55,725 nt of DNA from Candidatus Hodarchaeota archaeon (GCA_029856365.1 JAHQWW010000013.1:1-55725), one strand, 5' to 3'; positions 1 through 9,911 are shown, counted from the stretch's first letter. Numbers and translations: made by a program. The notes: generated by a model not told the origin, from the letters alone.

Positions 1-98
1 TGATACTGCATGGAGTGTAAAACCTTAATACTGAGAAGCAGAAACCTAGACCAATGAGATCAGGATTTTTTCAACACATTGTCTCTCTTCTTATTTAA

Positions 99-138
99 GG
101 GGAAAAAAAGGGGGAATCTCTTGGTATTAACCAAGAGA
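99..138 (-). terminator. Hairpin plus U-rich tract, putative terminator of the 165..737 gene
   Basis: Perfect 9-bp inverted repeat TCTCTTGGT (117-125) / ACCAAGAGA (130-138) with a 4-nt loop. On the minus strand it is followed by a pyrimidine tract (TTCCCCCTTTTTTTCCCC) and lies about 26 bp after the stop codon. Confidence 0.6.
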
Positions 139-164
139 ATCTCGGTAATCTATTCATTAAGACA

Positions 165-737
165 TTAGTTTATTCGGAATATACCTGGTGCTTTATCAGG
201 AACACCAGGACCTAACCATTCAATGATGCCACTCATATGCACATTGTGGCCCATCCACATCGAGAAGGCTCCAAATGCTTCTTCAATATTGCCATTCATG
301 CGATATTTACTGTTTTGGATATTGGTTTGACCTTTGTCATATCCCCACAAAACTAACTCTGCAGGATTATTATCTGGTAACCAATAAGACCATTTTTCAG
401 CATTACCTTCTGGTAATGGTGGGAAAACTTTAGATTGTAGGTCGTAGATCACCCAAATTTCTTCGAAAAAATGGACTTTTCCCTTAAGGAAGTCATCGAA
501 CTCCTTTCCTGATCCAATAGCGAAGAATAACATACCATATTCTTCACCTATACCGTCATTGTCAATGTCGAATGTAATGGTACCTACCCAATCAGGTATC
601 AGAGGTTGTGGTTTGAGCCAAGCCTGATTATATGTCAGGTCCATTGTACCTAAAGGTTTTTTCGCTTGTACTGATATGACTGGTAACAATGTCAGGATAG
701 AAACCACTAAGAGCACAGTTAATAACTTTTTCTTCAT
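165..737 (-). CDS. Hypothetical secreted protein with signal peptide
   Basis: Part of ORF 165..788. Start moved to the ATG at 737 (MKKKLLTVLLVVSILTLLPVISVQA, AxA-type cleavage), which has GGAGG just upstream on the minus strand. Confidence 0.7.
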   Translation of the reverse strand: MKKKLLTVLLVVSILTLLPVISVQAKKPLGTMDLTYNQAWLKPQPLIPDWVGTITFDIDNDGIGEEYGMLFFAIGSGKEFDDFLKGKVHFFEEIWVIYDLQSKVFPPLPEGNAEKWSYWLPDNNPAELVLWGYDKGQTNIQNSKYRMNGNIEEAFGAFSMWMGHNVHMSGIIEWLGPGVPDKAPGIFRIN

Positions 738-926
738 TTTACTGTTTTCCTCCTGTATTTCTATTGTTTCATTAAGATATAATTTCAAAAATATTATATC
801 TTAATAATTACCATTAAATCATAATAATATTTATAAGTCTTACTATAGTCATGTTGTAACATAATGATATATATTATTTTTCGAAACTTCTAATAATCAT
901 AGTTTAAGAGTAAAATCTTGGTGTAA

Positions 927-1463
927 GTGTTGTCTAATGATAATAAAAAGCGTAAAAAATTACCAATTCGGGTGGATCTCGATGAGGAGGATGCTGAAAA
1001 GTTTCAAAGTATTCAAGAGGAATTTAAACTAAAGAATAAAGCTGAAGTGCTGCGTTTTTGTGTTAACAAAGTGTATCATGGAATGGCGTTAGAAATCGAT
1101 GAAGATTTATACAATGAAATCAATAAAATAATCTCTAGTCGGCATATCAAAATACGGTACGCAATTACCAATATTGATGATTTCATTAAGCGAGCAATAA
1201 GTGAGTTTTTGGCAACTTTAAAAAAAGAATGGAGTTTGAAGAACTGGAGCATGCGACAAACACTTTCACAAGAAGAAAACGATACAGCTGTCGCGTTACT
1301 CGAATTACAGTTGCAAAAGATACCAGGAGTAACAATAAAGGATCTGGAGGAATACCTGAAAATAGATTCGAATATTATCCGTGAACATCTTGGAAAATTT
1401 ATGGAAGATGCATTACTCGATTTCAGAGAGTCACGAGGGAAAATTTATTATTATGCACACTAA
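927..1463 (+). CDS. DNA-binding protein: two ribbon-helix-helix-like units plus C-terminal winged HTH
   Basis: PIRVDLDEEDAEKF...NKAEVLRFCV and ALEIDEDLYNEI...NIDDFIKRAI both fit the RHH pattern. GVTIKDLEEYLKIDSNIIREHLGKF...RGKIYY fits a wHTH. Confidence 0.65.
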   Translation: MLSNDNKKRKKLPIRVDLDEEDAEKFQSIQEEFKLKNKAEVLRFCVNKVYHGMALEIDEDLYNEINKIISSRHIKIRYAITNIDDFIKRAISEFLATLKKEWSLKNWSMRQTLSQEENDTAVALLELQLQKIPGVTIKDLEEYLKIDSNIIREHLGKFMEDALLDFRESRGKIYYYAH

Positions 1464-1486
1464 TAATGAGGGGGTGGATTTGCATC

Positions 1487-2236
1487 ATGGAAAAAATCCT
1501 TGTGCATAGTTATAAGGGAGGAACAGGTAAAACTACGGTAGCTGTAAATATTGCGAGCATATTGTCACTTGAAAATAAAGTTCTGCTTATAGAAAATGAT
1601 TTTATGATGCCATCTTTTTTTGATATCTTTAAATGTGAACCTAACGCTTATTTCAACGATTATCTTAATGGGAATGTCAATTTTGATGAAGTGATTGAGT
1701 ATGAAGTCAAATCAAATTTAGATGTAGTGTTTACAAACAAGAGATTCGATCCAAATGAGAAAGTCATGAGCTCGGATCAAGAATGGTTTCTCTCTATACT
1801 AAAACAGATGATAGCAGACCTTAAGACTCTCGAAAAGAAATATAACTATATTATTTTCGATACACCTCCAGGATGGCACTTGATTGTTGTTAATCTAATT
1901 GCTCTGTCAAATAAAGCGGTTCTATTACTCCGTCCAGACTCTTATGAAGTGAATGGTACAAAAATAATGCTCGAGATTCTTTACAAGAGAGCAAAGCCCA
2001 TAAGGAGTTGGGATGTATATCTCCTATTTAACCAAGTTCCAGACGTGGAAATGAAAGTAGATCTCGATAATTGGGCGGGAGAATTAGAGAAGGATGGCAT
2101 GAAATACATTGGACACATCTCTTGTTCTTGTAACATAGCTTATGAGATGGCTCACAAAACAAAGATATTTCCATTAGAACACGAATTTAACCAAGCACTA
2201 AAGAATGCTTTGGACATCGTATTAGCAAAATATTAA
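1487..2236 (+). CDS. ParA/MinD family ATPase
   Basis: Deviant Walker A KGGTGKTT, Walker A' (LLIEND), Walker B (IIFDTPPG), LLFNQV. Likely start MEKILVHS at 1487 (ORF track starts at 1466). Confidence 0.9.
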   Translation: MEKILVHSYKGGTGKTTVAVNIASILSLENKVLLIENDFMMPSFFDIFKCEPNAYFNDYLNGNVNFDEVIEYEVKSNLDVVFTNKRFDPNEKVMSSDQEWFLSILKQMIADLKTLEKKYNYIIFDTPPGWHLIVVNLIALSNKAVLLLRPDSYEVNGTKIMLEILYKRAKPIRSWDVYLLFNQVPDVEMKVDLDNWAGELEKDGMKYIGHISCSCNIAYEMAHKTKIFPLEHEFNQALKNALDIVLAKY

Positions 2237-2592
2237 GCCTGCTTGTTTTAGACCTAATTTCAGTTTCTGATCCAGATACCTTCAATAATCCATTACATGA
2301 AGGATTTATAAAAATCAGGGAGCTAAGTAAGAATTAAAAACATTTTTTGAAAACAATAAATGTATATTGTAAGCTTTGTTACCAAATTATGAATAACTGT
2401 GTTCCTATAATAAAAGAGGGAAGTTGAAGATAAATTTTAAAAAAAATGAAGAAATCTCATAGCTTCTTTTTAGACGATTTATCTTTTAAGAAGTTTCAGT
2501 TGTAATTGTATTCTGATAAAAAAACGTAATGTTGAAATGATAAAGTAAAATCAACTTTGATTTGAAAAAAGATTGTTACTAGATCAATTGAA

Positions 2593-4506
2593 GTGAGCTC
2601 ATTGTCTTCAAACGATATTAATAAGAAATATGAAGAATTAAAACAGGTTTACCCACAAAAATTTGTTTCAGAAAAAAGAATTTTTCAAAATATTCATCGA
2701 GGGGATCGGATTTTTGTCTCAACTGCTTGTGCTGAACCTCAATACTTAATTAGTGCTCTTGCTTCATACTTAGAATCACATCCCAAGGCCTTTTTCGATG
2801 CTGAAGTGTTATCGTGGTGGAATTTAGGAGTTACTCCCTATGCAGAGGCACGATACCAACAAAACTTTCGCTACAACTCATTTTTTGTAGCTGGTCCTAC
2901 TAGAGAATCGATTAATATCGGCTTATCCGATTATACTCCTATCTTCTTATCCAATACTCCAAAGTTATTTTCTCATGGCCACGTACCCATTGATGTTGCT
3001 TTGATCCAGTGTTCTCCACCTGATGACCATGGTTATGTTAATCTAGGAGTATCAGTGGATATTGTCAAAGCTGCAGTAGAGAATGCATCACTAGTGATTG
3101 CTCAACTGAATTCTCACATGCCTCGTGTCCATGGTGATGGATTCATTCATATCAAGGACGTTGATTATTTAATACTATATGATGAACCAATCCTTGAATA
3201 TGATCCAATTGCCACAAGTGAAGAGTCTTATACTGAAATTGCATCAAAAATAGGGAATTATGTTTCACGACTTATTCAAGATGGTGATACCATTCAAGTT
3301 GGTTACGGTTCAATTCCTGATGCCGTCATGGCAAATTTGAGCGAAAGAGCTGATCTTGGGGTCCACACGGAATTAATATCGGATGGGCTCGTAAAACTAA
3401 TGAAGAATGGTATCATAAACAATTCTAAAAAGACGCTTAACCGTGGTAAAACTATTGGATCCTTCTGTATGGGGAATAAAGAAACCTATGAGTTTATACA
3501 TGATAATCCTTCCATTGAACTTAGAAGGATAGACTATACTAATGATCCCTTAGTAATTGCTCGTCATGATAATATGGCAGCTATCAATAGTGCCTTACAG
3601 ATTGACCTTACAGGGCAAGCTTCGGCAGAATCAATTGGAAGAGCCTTTTATAGCGGAATTGGAGGGCAAGCGGATTTTATGCGTGGCGCCATTTTAGCTA
3701 AGGGGGGGAAATCTATATTAACTTTACAATCTACTGCTGAACATGGAACTATTTCAAGAATTGTACCATTCCTTTCGGAGGGAGCAGGTGTCACTCTTAA
3801 TCGCGGTGATATTCATTATATTGTCACAGAATACGGAATTGCTTACCTTCACGGGAAAAATATTCGTGAGCGTGCCATGCAACTCATTTCTATTGCTCAT
3901 CCGAGATTCAGGCCTGAACTTATTAAGAGAGCTAAGGAATTTAATCTGATCTATAAAGACCAAGCTTTTGTCCCTGGGAAAAAGGGTGAATACCCTGAGC
4001 ACCTTGAGACATGGAGAACCACGAAAAAAGGATTTGAAATCCTACTTAGGCCAGTTAAAATTAGTGATGAGCCATTGTTGAAGGATTTCTTCTATGACTT
4101 GACTGATCAGTCTTTATATCGTCGGTTCATGTCTGTTCGGAAAGACGTTCCCCACACACGTTTACAAGAATTTTGTATAATAGATTTCTCAAAAGAAATG
4201 GTTTTAGTAGCAATAGTAAAAAAAGGGGCACTAGAAAAAATTGTGGGTGTCTCTCAATACGGTATAGATAGAACTACCCATACTGCTGAAGTTGCTTTTG
4301 TTGTTAGAGACGATTACCAAAATAAGGGGATAGGAACCGAATTATTGCATCATATCACTTATTTAGCTAGAACAGCTGGTCTTTTAGGATTTACAGCAGA
4401 GGTGCTTGTGGAAAATAGAGGGATGCTTCATTTGTTTGAGAAGAATTTTCCAAATCTCGGTAAAAGAATTTTCAATGGAGTTTATGAACTCAAAATGATT
4501 TTTTGA
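2593..4506 (+). CDS. Acetyl-CoA hydrolase/family I CoA-transferase fused to a C-terminal Pat-type GNAT acetyltransferase
   Basis: GDTIQVGYGSIP, HTE with the catalytic Glu, SGIGGQADFMRGA, IVTEYG. The C-terminal domain has LRPV..DEPLL..FF, AEVAFVVRDDYQNKGIG (GNAT motif A) and EN..M..LF. Confidence 0.9.
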   Translation: MSSLSSNDINKKYEELKQVYPQKFVSEKRIFQNIHRGDRIFVSTACAEPQYLISALASYLESHPKAFFDAEVLSWWNLGVTPYAEARYQQNFRYNSFFVAGPTRESINIGLSDYTPIFLSNTPKLFSHGHVPIDVALIQCSPPDDHGYVNLGVSVDIVKAAVENASLVIAQLNSHMPRVHGDGFIHIKDVDYLILYDEPILEYDPIATSEESYTEIASKIGNYVSRLIQDGDTIQVGYGSIPDAVMANLSERADLGVHTELISDGLVKLMKNGIINNSKKTLNRGKTIGSFCMGNKETYEFIHDNPSIELRRIDYTNDPLVIARHDNMAAINSALQIDLTGQASAESIGRAFYSGIGGQADFMRGAILAKGGKSILTLQSTAEHGTISRIVPFLSEGAGVTLNRGDIHYIVTEYGIAYLHGKNIRERAMQLISIAHPRFRPELIKRAKEFNLIYKDQAFVPGKKGEYPEHLETWRTTKKGFEILLRPVKISDEPLLKDFFYDLTDQSLYRRFMSVRKDVPHTRLQEFCIIDFSKEMVLVAIVKKGALEKIVGVSQYGIDRTTHTAEVAFVVRDDYQNKGIGTELLHHITYLARTAGLLGFTAEVLVENRGMLHLFEKNFPNLGKRIFNGVYELKMIF

Positions 4507-4631
4507 AAGGATATCTATTCAAACTTATATATACTCCACCAAAATATTTAAAGAATTCATCCTGACTTGAATAAAGAAATACTTATCGAAAGACTACATC
4601 TTGTATTTAGAAATCTTATGTTCAATAGATT

Positions 4632-6836
4632 TTGATTACAGTATTGATACCGGTGGGTTATAAGAAATTGTTGGAGAGTACTACTAAAACCACAATTCCA
4701 TCAATTAAATATCTTTTTGAACCACGATCCGTCGCAATTGTAGGATGTTCTACAAACCCTAACAAGATTGGCTACAAAGTCCTAGATAACATCATCTATA
4801 GTAAATATCAGGGGAAGATATTTCCTATAAACCCCAAAGGAGGAGAACTCCTAGGACATCGATTATATAAATCGATTGAAGAGGTTGATGGAGATATCGA
4901 CCTAGCAACGATCTGCATTCCAGCAAAATATGTTTTTAATGCAGTTCAAGAATTGGCGACCAAGAATTGTAAATTCCTATCAATTATAACCTCTGGTTTT
5001 TCTGAAATTGGTGATATTGAAGAGGAGGAAAAGATTGTCAGTTTTGCCCATGAAAATGGTATGCGTGTTTTAGGGCCTAATATTTTTGGAATCTATTCCG
5101 TTAAATCACCAATAAATGCAACTTTTGGCGCAAAGGATATTGAACCTGGCAATGTCGCTATAGTTACCCAAAGTGGAGCACTTGGCGTTGCTATGATTGG
5201 AAAGACTGAGACGGAAGGTATTGGTCTTTCTGCTATAGTTTCTGTTGGAAACAAGTCAGATATTGATGAAGCTAACCTTATCGAATACCTAATGAGTGAT
5301 GAACTAACAAAAGTTATCTTACTATACATAGAAGGCATTAAGGAGGGAGAAAAACTGATACGCGTCCTTAGAGAAGCAACCAAAATAAAACCAATTATAA
5401 TTATTAAATCAGGAAGATCAAAAAGGGGGGCACTTGCTGCTGCTTCTCATACAGGATCCCTAGCAGGTGAGGATAATGTTTTTTCTGATATCATGAATCA
5501 AGTTGGAGCTCTTAGAGCCTTAAGTGTTCAAGAAGCGTTAGATTGGGCTAAGTTTTTATCAATTCAGCCTGGTTTACCAAAAGGGGAGAATGCTGTTATT
5601 GTTACAAATGGTGGGGGTATAGGTGTTCTGGCAACAGATGCATGCGAGATGTATGGAGTTAACCTTTATGATGATCAGGATGTGCTTAAAGAAATCTTTG
5701 GTCCAGTAACTCCATCTTTTGGATCAACTAAAAATCCTGTAGACATAACAGGGGGAGCATCAAACGATTTCTATGAACAAGCATTGCAAGCTGCATTAGA
5801 CGGGGAGGATATTCATTCAATTATATGCTTAGGTTGCGAAACAGCTATTTTTGATTGCAATCAATTGTCAGCCGTAGTTCAAAAAAAATATATTGAGGCA
5901 AAACCAGCCAAACCTTTAGTATTTTCCTTTTTTGGCGGTTCTGAGTTTGAACGTGGCCTCTTTAGTCTTAAAAGTCTAGGTGTTCCGATTTTTCCTGACG
6001 TTTATCAAGCAGTATCGTGTTTAGGAGCTGTTTACTCAAACTATCGAACATTGGCTTATGCGAAAGATTTCGCTGAATTTGATGAACTGGAAGTTAACAT
6101 TGATGTTTCGACAATTCAAGAAGTAATCAATGAAGTCAGAACGAAGGGGAGACAGTTTTTATTGGTTCCAGAAGCTATGCGAGTTATGGAAGCTGCTGGT
6201 ATTCCTATGCCCAAAAGCTACGTTGCTAAGGACTTGAAGGAAGCCATTCAATATGCAGAGCAGATTGGATATCCTGTCGTGATGAAAGTTGTTTCTAAGG
6301 ATATAATTCACAAATCTGACGCTGGGGGTGTTGCCCTCAACTTGGAAAACAGTGAAGAAGTAATTGATGCTTATGAAGCTATCATGAGATCCTGCCTTAA
6401 TTATAAACCTGATGCAGAGATACAAGGTGTAGAAATTGTAACGATGATAAAAATGGATGAAACAATAGAAACCATTATAGGAGCTCGTATTGATGCGATT
6501 TATGGACCGACTGTGATGTTTGGATTGGGGGGTATCTATGTTGAAGTATTAAAAGACGTTGCGTTCAGGGCTGTACCACTTACTTGGAGAGATGCAAATG
6601 AAATGGTTAAACAAATACGATCATACCCCCTCTTATTAGGGGTACGTGGTGAGGCGAGAAAAGACATCGAAGGCTGTGTTGATGTCGTCATGAAACTAAG
6701 TAAGATCATCCAATCAATTCCAGATATTTCAGACGTTGAGATCAATCCCTGTTTAGCATTTGAAAAGGGTAGAGGTGTTTTATGTGTGGATGCTAGAATC
6801 TTACTCACTCCCCCTCAAAAAGAAGAGGTGAATTAA
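4632..6836 (+). CDS. acd: Acyl-CoA synthetase (ADP-forming), fused alpha/beta
   Basis: PRSVAIVG, PINPK, GPN, QSG, SHTG phospho-His, NGGG, NPVD. ATP-grasp domain with GYPVVMK, HKSDAGGV, GLGGIYVE, EINP. Start uncertain (TTG). Confidence 0.92.
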   Translation: MITVLIPVGYKKLLESTTKTTIPSIKYLFEPRSVAIVGCSTNPNKIGYKVLDNIIYSKYQGKIFPINPKGGELLGHRLYKSIEEVDGDIDLATICIPAKYVFNAVQELATKNCKFLSIITSGFSEIGDIEEEEKIVSFAHENGMRVLGPNIFGIYSVKSPINATFGAKDIEPGNVAIVTQSGALGVAMIGKTETEGIGLSAIVSVGNKSDIDEANLIEYLMSDELTKVILLYIEGIKEGEKLIRVLREATKIKPIIIIKSGRSKRGALAAASHTGSLAGEDNVFSDIMNQVGALRALSVQEALDWAKFLSIQPGLPKGENAVIVTNGGGIGVLATDACEMYGVNLYDDQDVLKEIFGPVTPSFGSTKNPVDITGGASNDFYEQALQAALDGEDIHSIICLGCETAIFDCNQLSAVVQKKYIEAKPAKPLVFSFFGGSEFERGLFSLKSLGVPIFPDVYQAVSCLGAVYSNYRTLAYAKDFAEFDELEVNIDVSTIQEVINEVRTKGRQFLLVPEAMRVMEAAGIPMPKSYVAKDLKEAIQYAEQIGYPVVMKVVSKDIIHKSDAGGVALNLENSEEVIDAYEAIMRSCLNYKPDAEIQGVEIVTMIKMDETIETIIGARIDAIYGPTVMFGLGGIYVEVLKDVAFRAVPLTWRDANEMVKQIRSYPLLLGVRGEARKDIEGCVDVVMKLSKIIQSIPDISDVEINPCLAFEKGRGVLCVDARILLTPPQKEEVN

Positions 6837-7871
6837 ATGGAAAAAATTGTTATTGCAAGTACAGGTAAAGAAGCTGGTAAAACTAGCTTGATCATTGGCT
6901 TGGCCAAAGCTATAAACAAAAAAATCGGATATATGAAACCTTTTGGTGATCGTCTTCTCTACCAGAAGAAACGTTTGTGGGATTATGATTCTGCTTTAGT
7001 CACAAATGTTCTAGAGTTAGATGAACAACCAGAAGACATTTCAATCGGTTTTGCCCACTCTAAGCTGCGTTTTATGTATGATGAAGCATCAACAAAAGAA
7101 AAGCTAACAGAGATATCAAATAATGTGGGTAAAGATAAAGACATTATCTTTATTGAAGGTGGAAAGAACCTAAATTATGGTCTGTCAGTCCATCTTGATC
7201 CTTTAACTATAGCCAGAAGTACAGGTGCTAAATTATTACTTTTACTCTGTGGACCAGACGAAACAATCATTGATGATATCACTTTCTTAGTAAACTGTGT
7301 TAATACTGAAAACATTGAATTGCTTGGGGTCATTATAAATAAAATAAAAGACGTTGACAACTTCAAAGATCTCTATTTAGATGCCATTACTGAAATGGGT
7401 GTGAAAGTCTTGGGGGTAATTCCCTACAAAAAGGAATTGACTTATTTTTCAATGGAGTATCTGTACCAAACAATATTAGCTAAAGTACTTGCAGGTGAAA
7501 AGGGCTTAAAAAATAAAGTTGAGCACATTTTCGTTGGTGCGATGTCAACTGCTCAAGTTATTAAAAAACCACTTTGGGCACTGGAAAATAAGTTGATTAT
7601 CACGCCTGGTGACCGTCCTGACATGATTATCGCAGCTTTAGAGTCATCCACGGCTGGCATCGTCTTAACCAACAATATTTTGCCATCAGATCCAATTATC
7701 GAATCAAAAGCTAATATGGTCAATATCCCATTATTATTAGTCTCTACTGATACATTTGCCACTGCTAAGCAAATAGACGATATGGAGATTACATTTACTA
7801 AAGATGAAACTGATAAGATTGAACTATTAGAAACCCTTGTTAAAAATCATGTAGATCTAAGCGTTTTCTAG
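6837..7871 (+). CDS. BioD-like/DRTGG protein (phosphotransacetylase N-terminal-like, no catalytic PTA domain)
   Basis: AGKT P-loop, YMKPFG, IEG, VGAM, ITPGDRPD (DRTGG). Directly abuts the acd stop (TAA-ATG). Confidence 0.85.
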   Translation: MEKIVIASTGKEAGKTSLIIGLAKAINKKIGYMKPFGDRLLYQKKRLWDYDSALVTNVLELDEQPEDISIGFAHSKLRFMYDEASTKEKLTEISNNVGKDKDIIFIEGGKNLNYGLSVHLDPLTIARSTGAKLLLLLCGPDETIIDDITFLVNCVNTENIELLGVIINKIKDVDNFKDLYLDAITEMGVKVLGVIPYKKELTYFSMEYLYQTILAKVLAGEKGLKNKVEHIFVGAMSTAQVIKKPLWALENKLIITPGDRPDMIIAALESSTAGIVLTNNILPSDPIIESKANMVNIPLLLVSTDTFATAKQIDDMEITFTKDETDKIELLETLVKNHVDLSVF

Positions 7872-7958
7872 GTGGTCTCCTATAAGAACTAAAATTGTAA
7901 ATAGAAATAATCGCAACTAAATAAACGGTTTTATTTATACTAGGGGATATAACGAACA

Positions 7959-8396
7959 ATGGTGGTATACGAAGTCGGCGTAATATCAAGTGCGGGGCTT
8001 CCAGTCATCCATATTGATTTTCGCCCTGGGGTTAGTGGAGACCCACTCATGACAGCTGGTTTTTTGACAGCTCTTCAACAATTTGTCAATTCTACGTTCT
8101 CAGATGAAACCCAATCTTTCTCTATGAAAAAGTTTGCTGTTTTTTTCTCAAAAGTAGAACTTTTCAAAGAAGAAGCTAGCGTATATGTAATATGTGATCG
8201 GGGAAAAGGACACAAAGCAATCCAAGAAAGCATTAAAACAATTTCTAATAAGATTGTTGAAGTTTTCCCTTCATTAACTGACAATCTAGAGATAACTGAG
8301 TCAGATCAGGGAAAAGAATTCATAGAATTTATTAAAAGGGAATTTGGGGATCTGACAATGAAGCCAGAAGAGAGAGCACGTAAACTTTTCGGTTAA
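7959..8396 (+). CDS. Longin-like domain protein (Asgard eukaryotic-signature type)
   Basis: Beta-beta-alpha-beta-beta-beta-alpha pattern: VGVISSAGLPVI, DPLMTAGFLTALQQF, then strands and a long C-terminal helix. Confidence 0.6.
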   Translation: MVVYEVGVISSAGLPVIHIDFRPGVSGDPLMTAGFLTALQQFVNSTFSDETQSFSMKKFAVFFSKVELFKEEASVYVICDRGKGHKAIQESIKTISNKIVEVFPSLTDNLEITESDQGKEFIEFIKREFGDLTMKPEERARKLFG

Positions 8397-8450
8397 TAAC
8401 AAGTAAATTCTCATTCTCTTATAAAATTAACATGATTAGTGTGAACCAAC

Positions 8451-8867
8451 TTATCTTCGTCTTCGTAAAAACAAGAAAATTACTACTGTAAGACTTAAAA
8501 CCATTACTATTATTTCAAAACCTGAGATTGGCGAGCTTACCGAGCTTGAACTAGTTGAAGAAGATTTTGTTATGATATTCATGCGATTCTCATCCATAGT
8601 AACATTATAGTTACTTCTTAATAATTCATCCTTGGTTAGGCCTAACCAAACGCCAAATGCTTCACCTAAACCATCGCTCTCGGTGTTTTCTGGGTTTAGA
8701 CTATCAGTCTTATCATATCCGATAGAACTTGCAGTTGGGACAAGGACATGCTTTGCAGCCCAAAAGTCCAGAGCCACAGGATCTAATCCAGCTAATAGCA
8801 TATTAACTCTTGTAGCCATGTAGTAACTTGTAGATGGCCCACAGTATAAATCAGGATAGGGATTTGC
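8451..8867 (-). pseudogene. 5'-truncated remnant of a DUF362-like surface protein with a CTERM sorting tail
   Basis: Frame reads ANPYPDLYCGPSTSYYMATRVNMLLAGLDPVALDFWAAK, with DPVALD typical of the DUF362 C-terminus, directly after an in-frame TAA. No signal peptide, but it ends in a Ser-rich linker, SGF, a TM helix and RRRR. Confidence 0.6.
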
Positions 8868-8868
8868 T

Positions 8869-8890
8869 TACACTAGACAAATACACTAGA
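8869..8890. repeat. 9-bp direct repeat TACACTAGA at the truncation point
   Basis: Copies at 8869-8877 and 8882-8890, separated by CAAA. Confidence 0.7.
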
Positions 8891-8915
8891 AAAATAAATC
8901 AATTATGATTAATAT

Positions 8916-9911
8916 TCAATACTCTAAATCCAAATTAATTTGATTGATTGGTTCCTCTCCCCTCGATATTATTGAAATGTTTGTAATAATGTCTTCAATA
9001 AAAACTACTTCCCTCTCAACAACTTTAAACGCGGAATGTGGGCTCATCACGACATTATCCAATTCCTCAAAAGATTGATTTTGAAAAACACTAATAGGTT
9101 TTTTACGATCTTGGGGGTAGTTATACCATACATCTAAAGCTGCAATTGCATTTTTATTATCTTTAAGGTACTTATAGAGGGCCTGTTCGTCAATTATCGA
9201 ACCCCGAGAAATATTACAAATCACGACTCTTTCTTTCATTTGTTGAAATTCATTTTTCCCAATAAGTCCTTCTGTTTCTCTTGTCAATGGTAATGCAATA
9301 AGAATAAAATCGGATTCATTTAAGACATAAGAAATATCATCTGGCCCTCCAAGAAAATCACATTGATCCTCACTATCAATTCGATTAGGGTCTCGTTTAA
9401 TCGCATAAACATTCATCTTGAATCCATTTTTAAGAATTTTCCCAACTTTTTTTCCTATTGCTCCATAACCAATTATTCCTAGTGTTTTTCCAGTAATCCA
9501 ATAGGAATTCTCGTCATTATAGCGAGGAGACCAGTCCCCTTTTCTCATCCTCGAGTCACGATAAGTAATTCTTTTCGCTGCTGTTAATAACAGGGAGACA
9601 GCATGTTCAGCTATTGCTAGAGAATTAGAATGCGAATTTGAAACCGTTATATGTGGATATTGCCTTAAAAGCTCAAAATCAAGGGTTTCTGAACCCGTCC
9701 ATGGAACTTGAATATGTCTTAACTTCTCTGCTTTTTCCATAAATGTGGAGGATAATTTGTAAGCTACTAGAACCTCAACGTCTGGAGCTACTGATAATAA
9801 TGTTTCTTCATTTATTTCAGCAGGAAAAATAAGATCAATCTCGTCAGGGAGTTTTTTGTGATAAAATTTTTTCAACTCTGGAGAAACCCGAAGTCCAAAT
9901 AAAACTTTCAT
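8916..9911 (-). CDS. D-isomer-specific 2-hydroxyacid dehydrogenase
   Basis: AIAEH, GIIGYGAIG Rossmann motif, LPLT.ET, NISRG, LDVW, SPH. Confidence 0.9.
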   Translation of the reverse strand: MKVLFGLRVSPELKKFYHKKLPDEIDLIFPAEINEETLLSVAPDVEVLVAYKLSSTFMEKAEKLRHIQVPWTGSETLDFELLRQYPHITVSNSHSNSLAIAEHAVSLLLTAAKRITYRDSRMRKGDWSPRYNDENSYWITGKTLGIIGYGAIGKKVGKILKNGFKMNVYAIKRDPNRIDSEDQCDFLGGPDDISYVLNESDFILIALPLTRETEGLIGKNEFQQMKERVVICNISRGSIIDEQALYKYLKDNKNAIAALDVWYNYPQDRKKPISVFQNQSFEELDNVVMSPHSAFKVVEREVVFIEDIITNISIISRGEEPINQINLDLEY

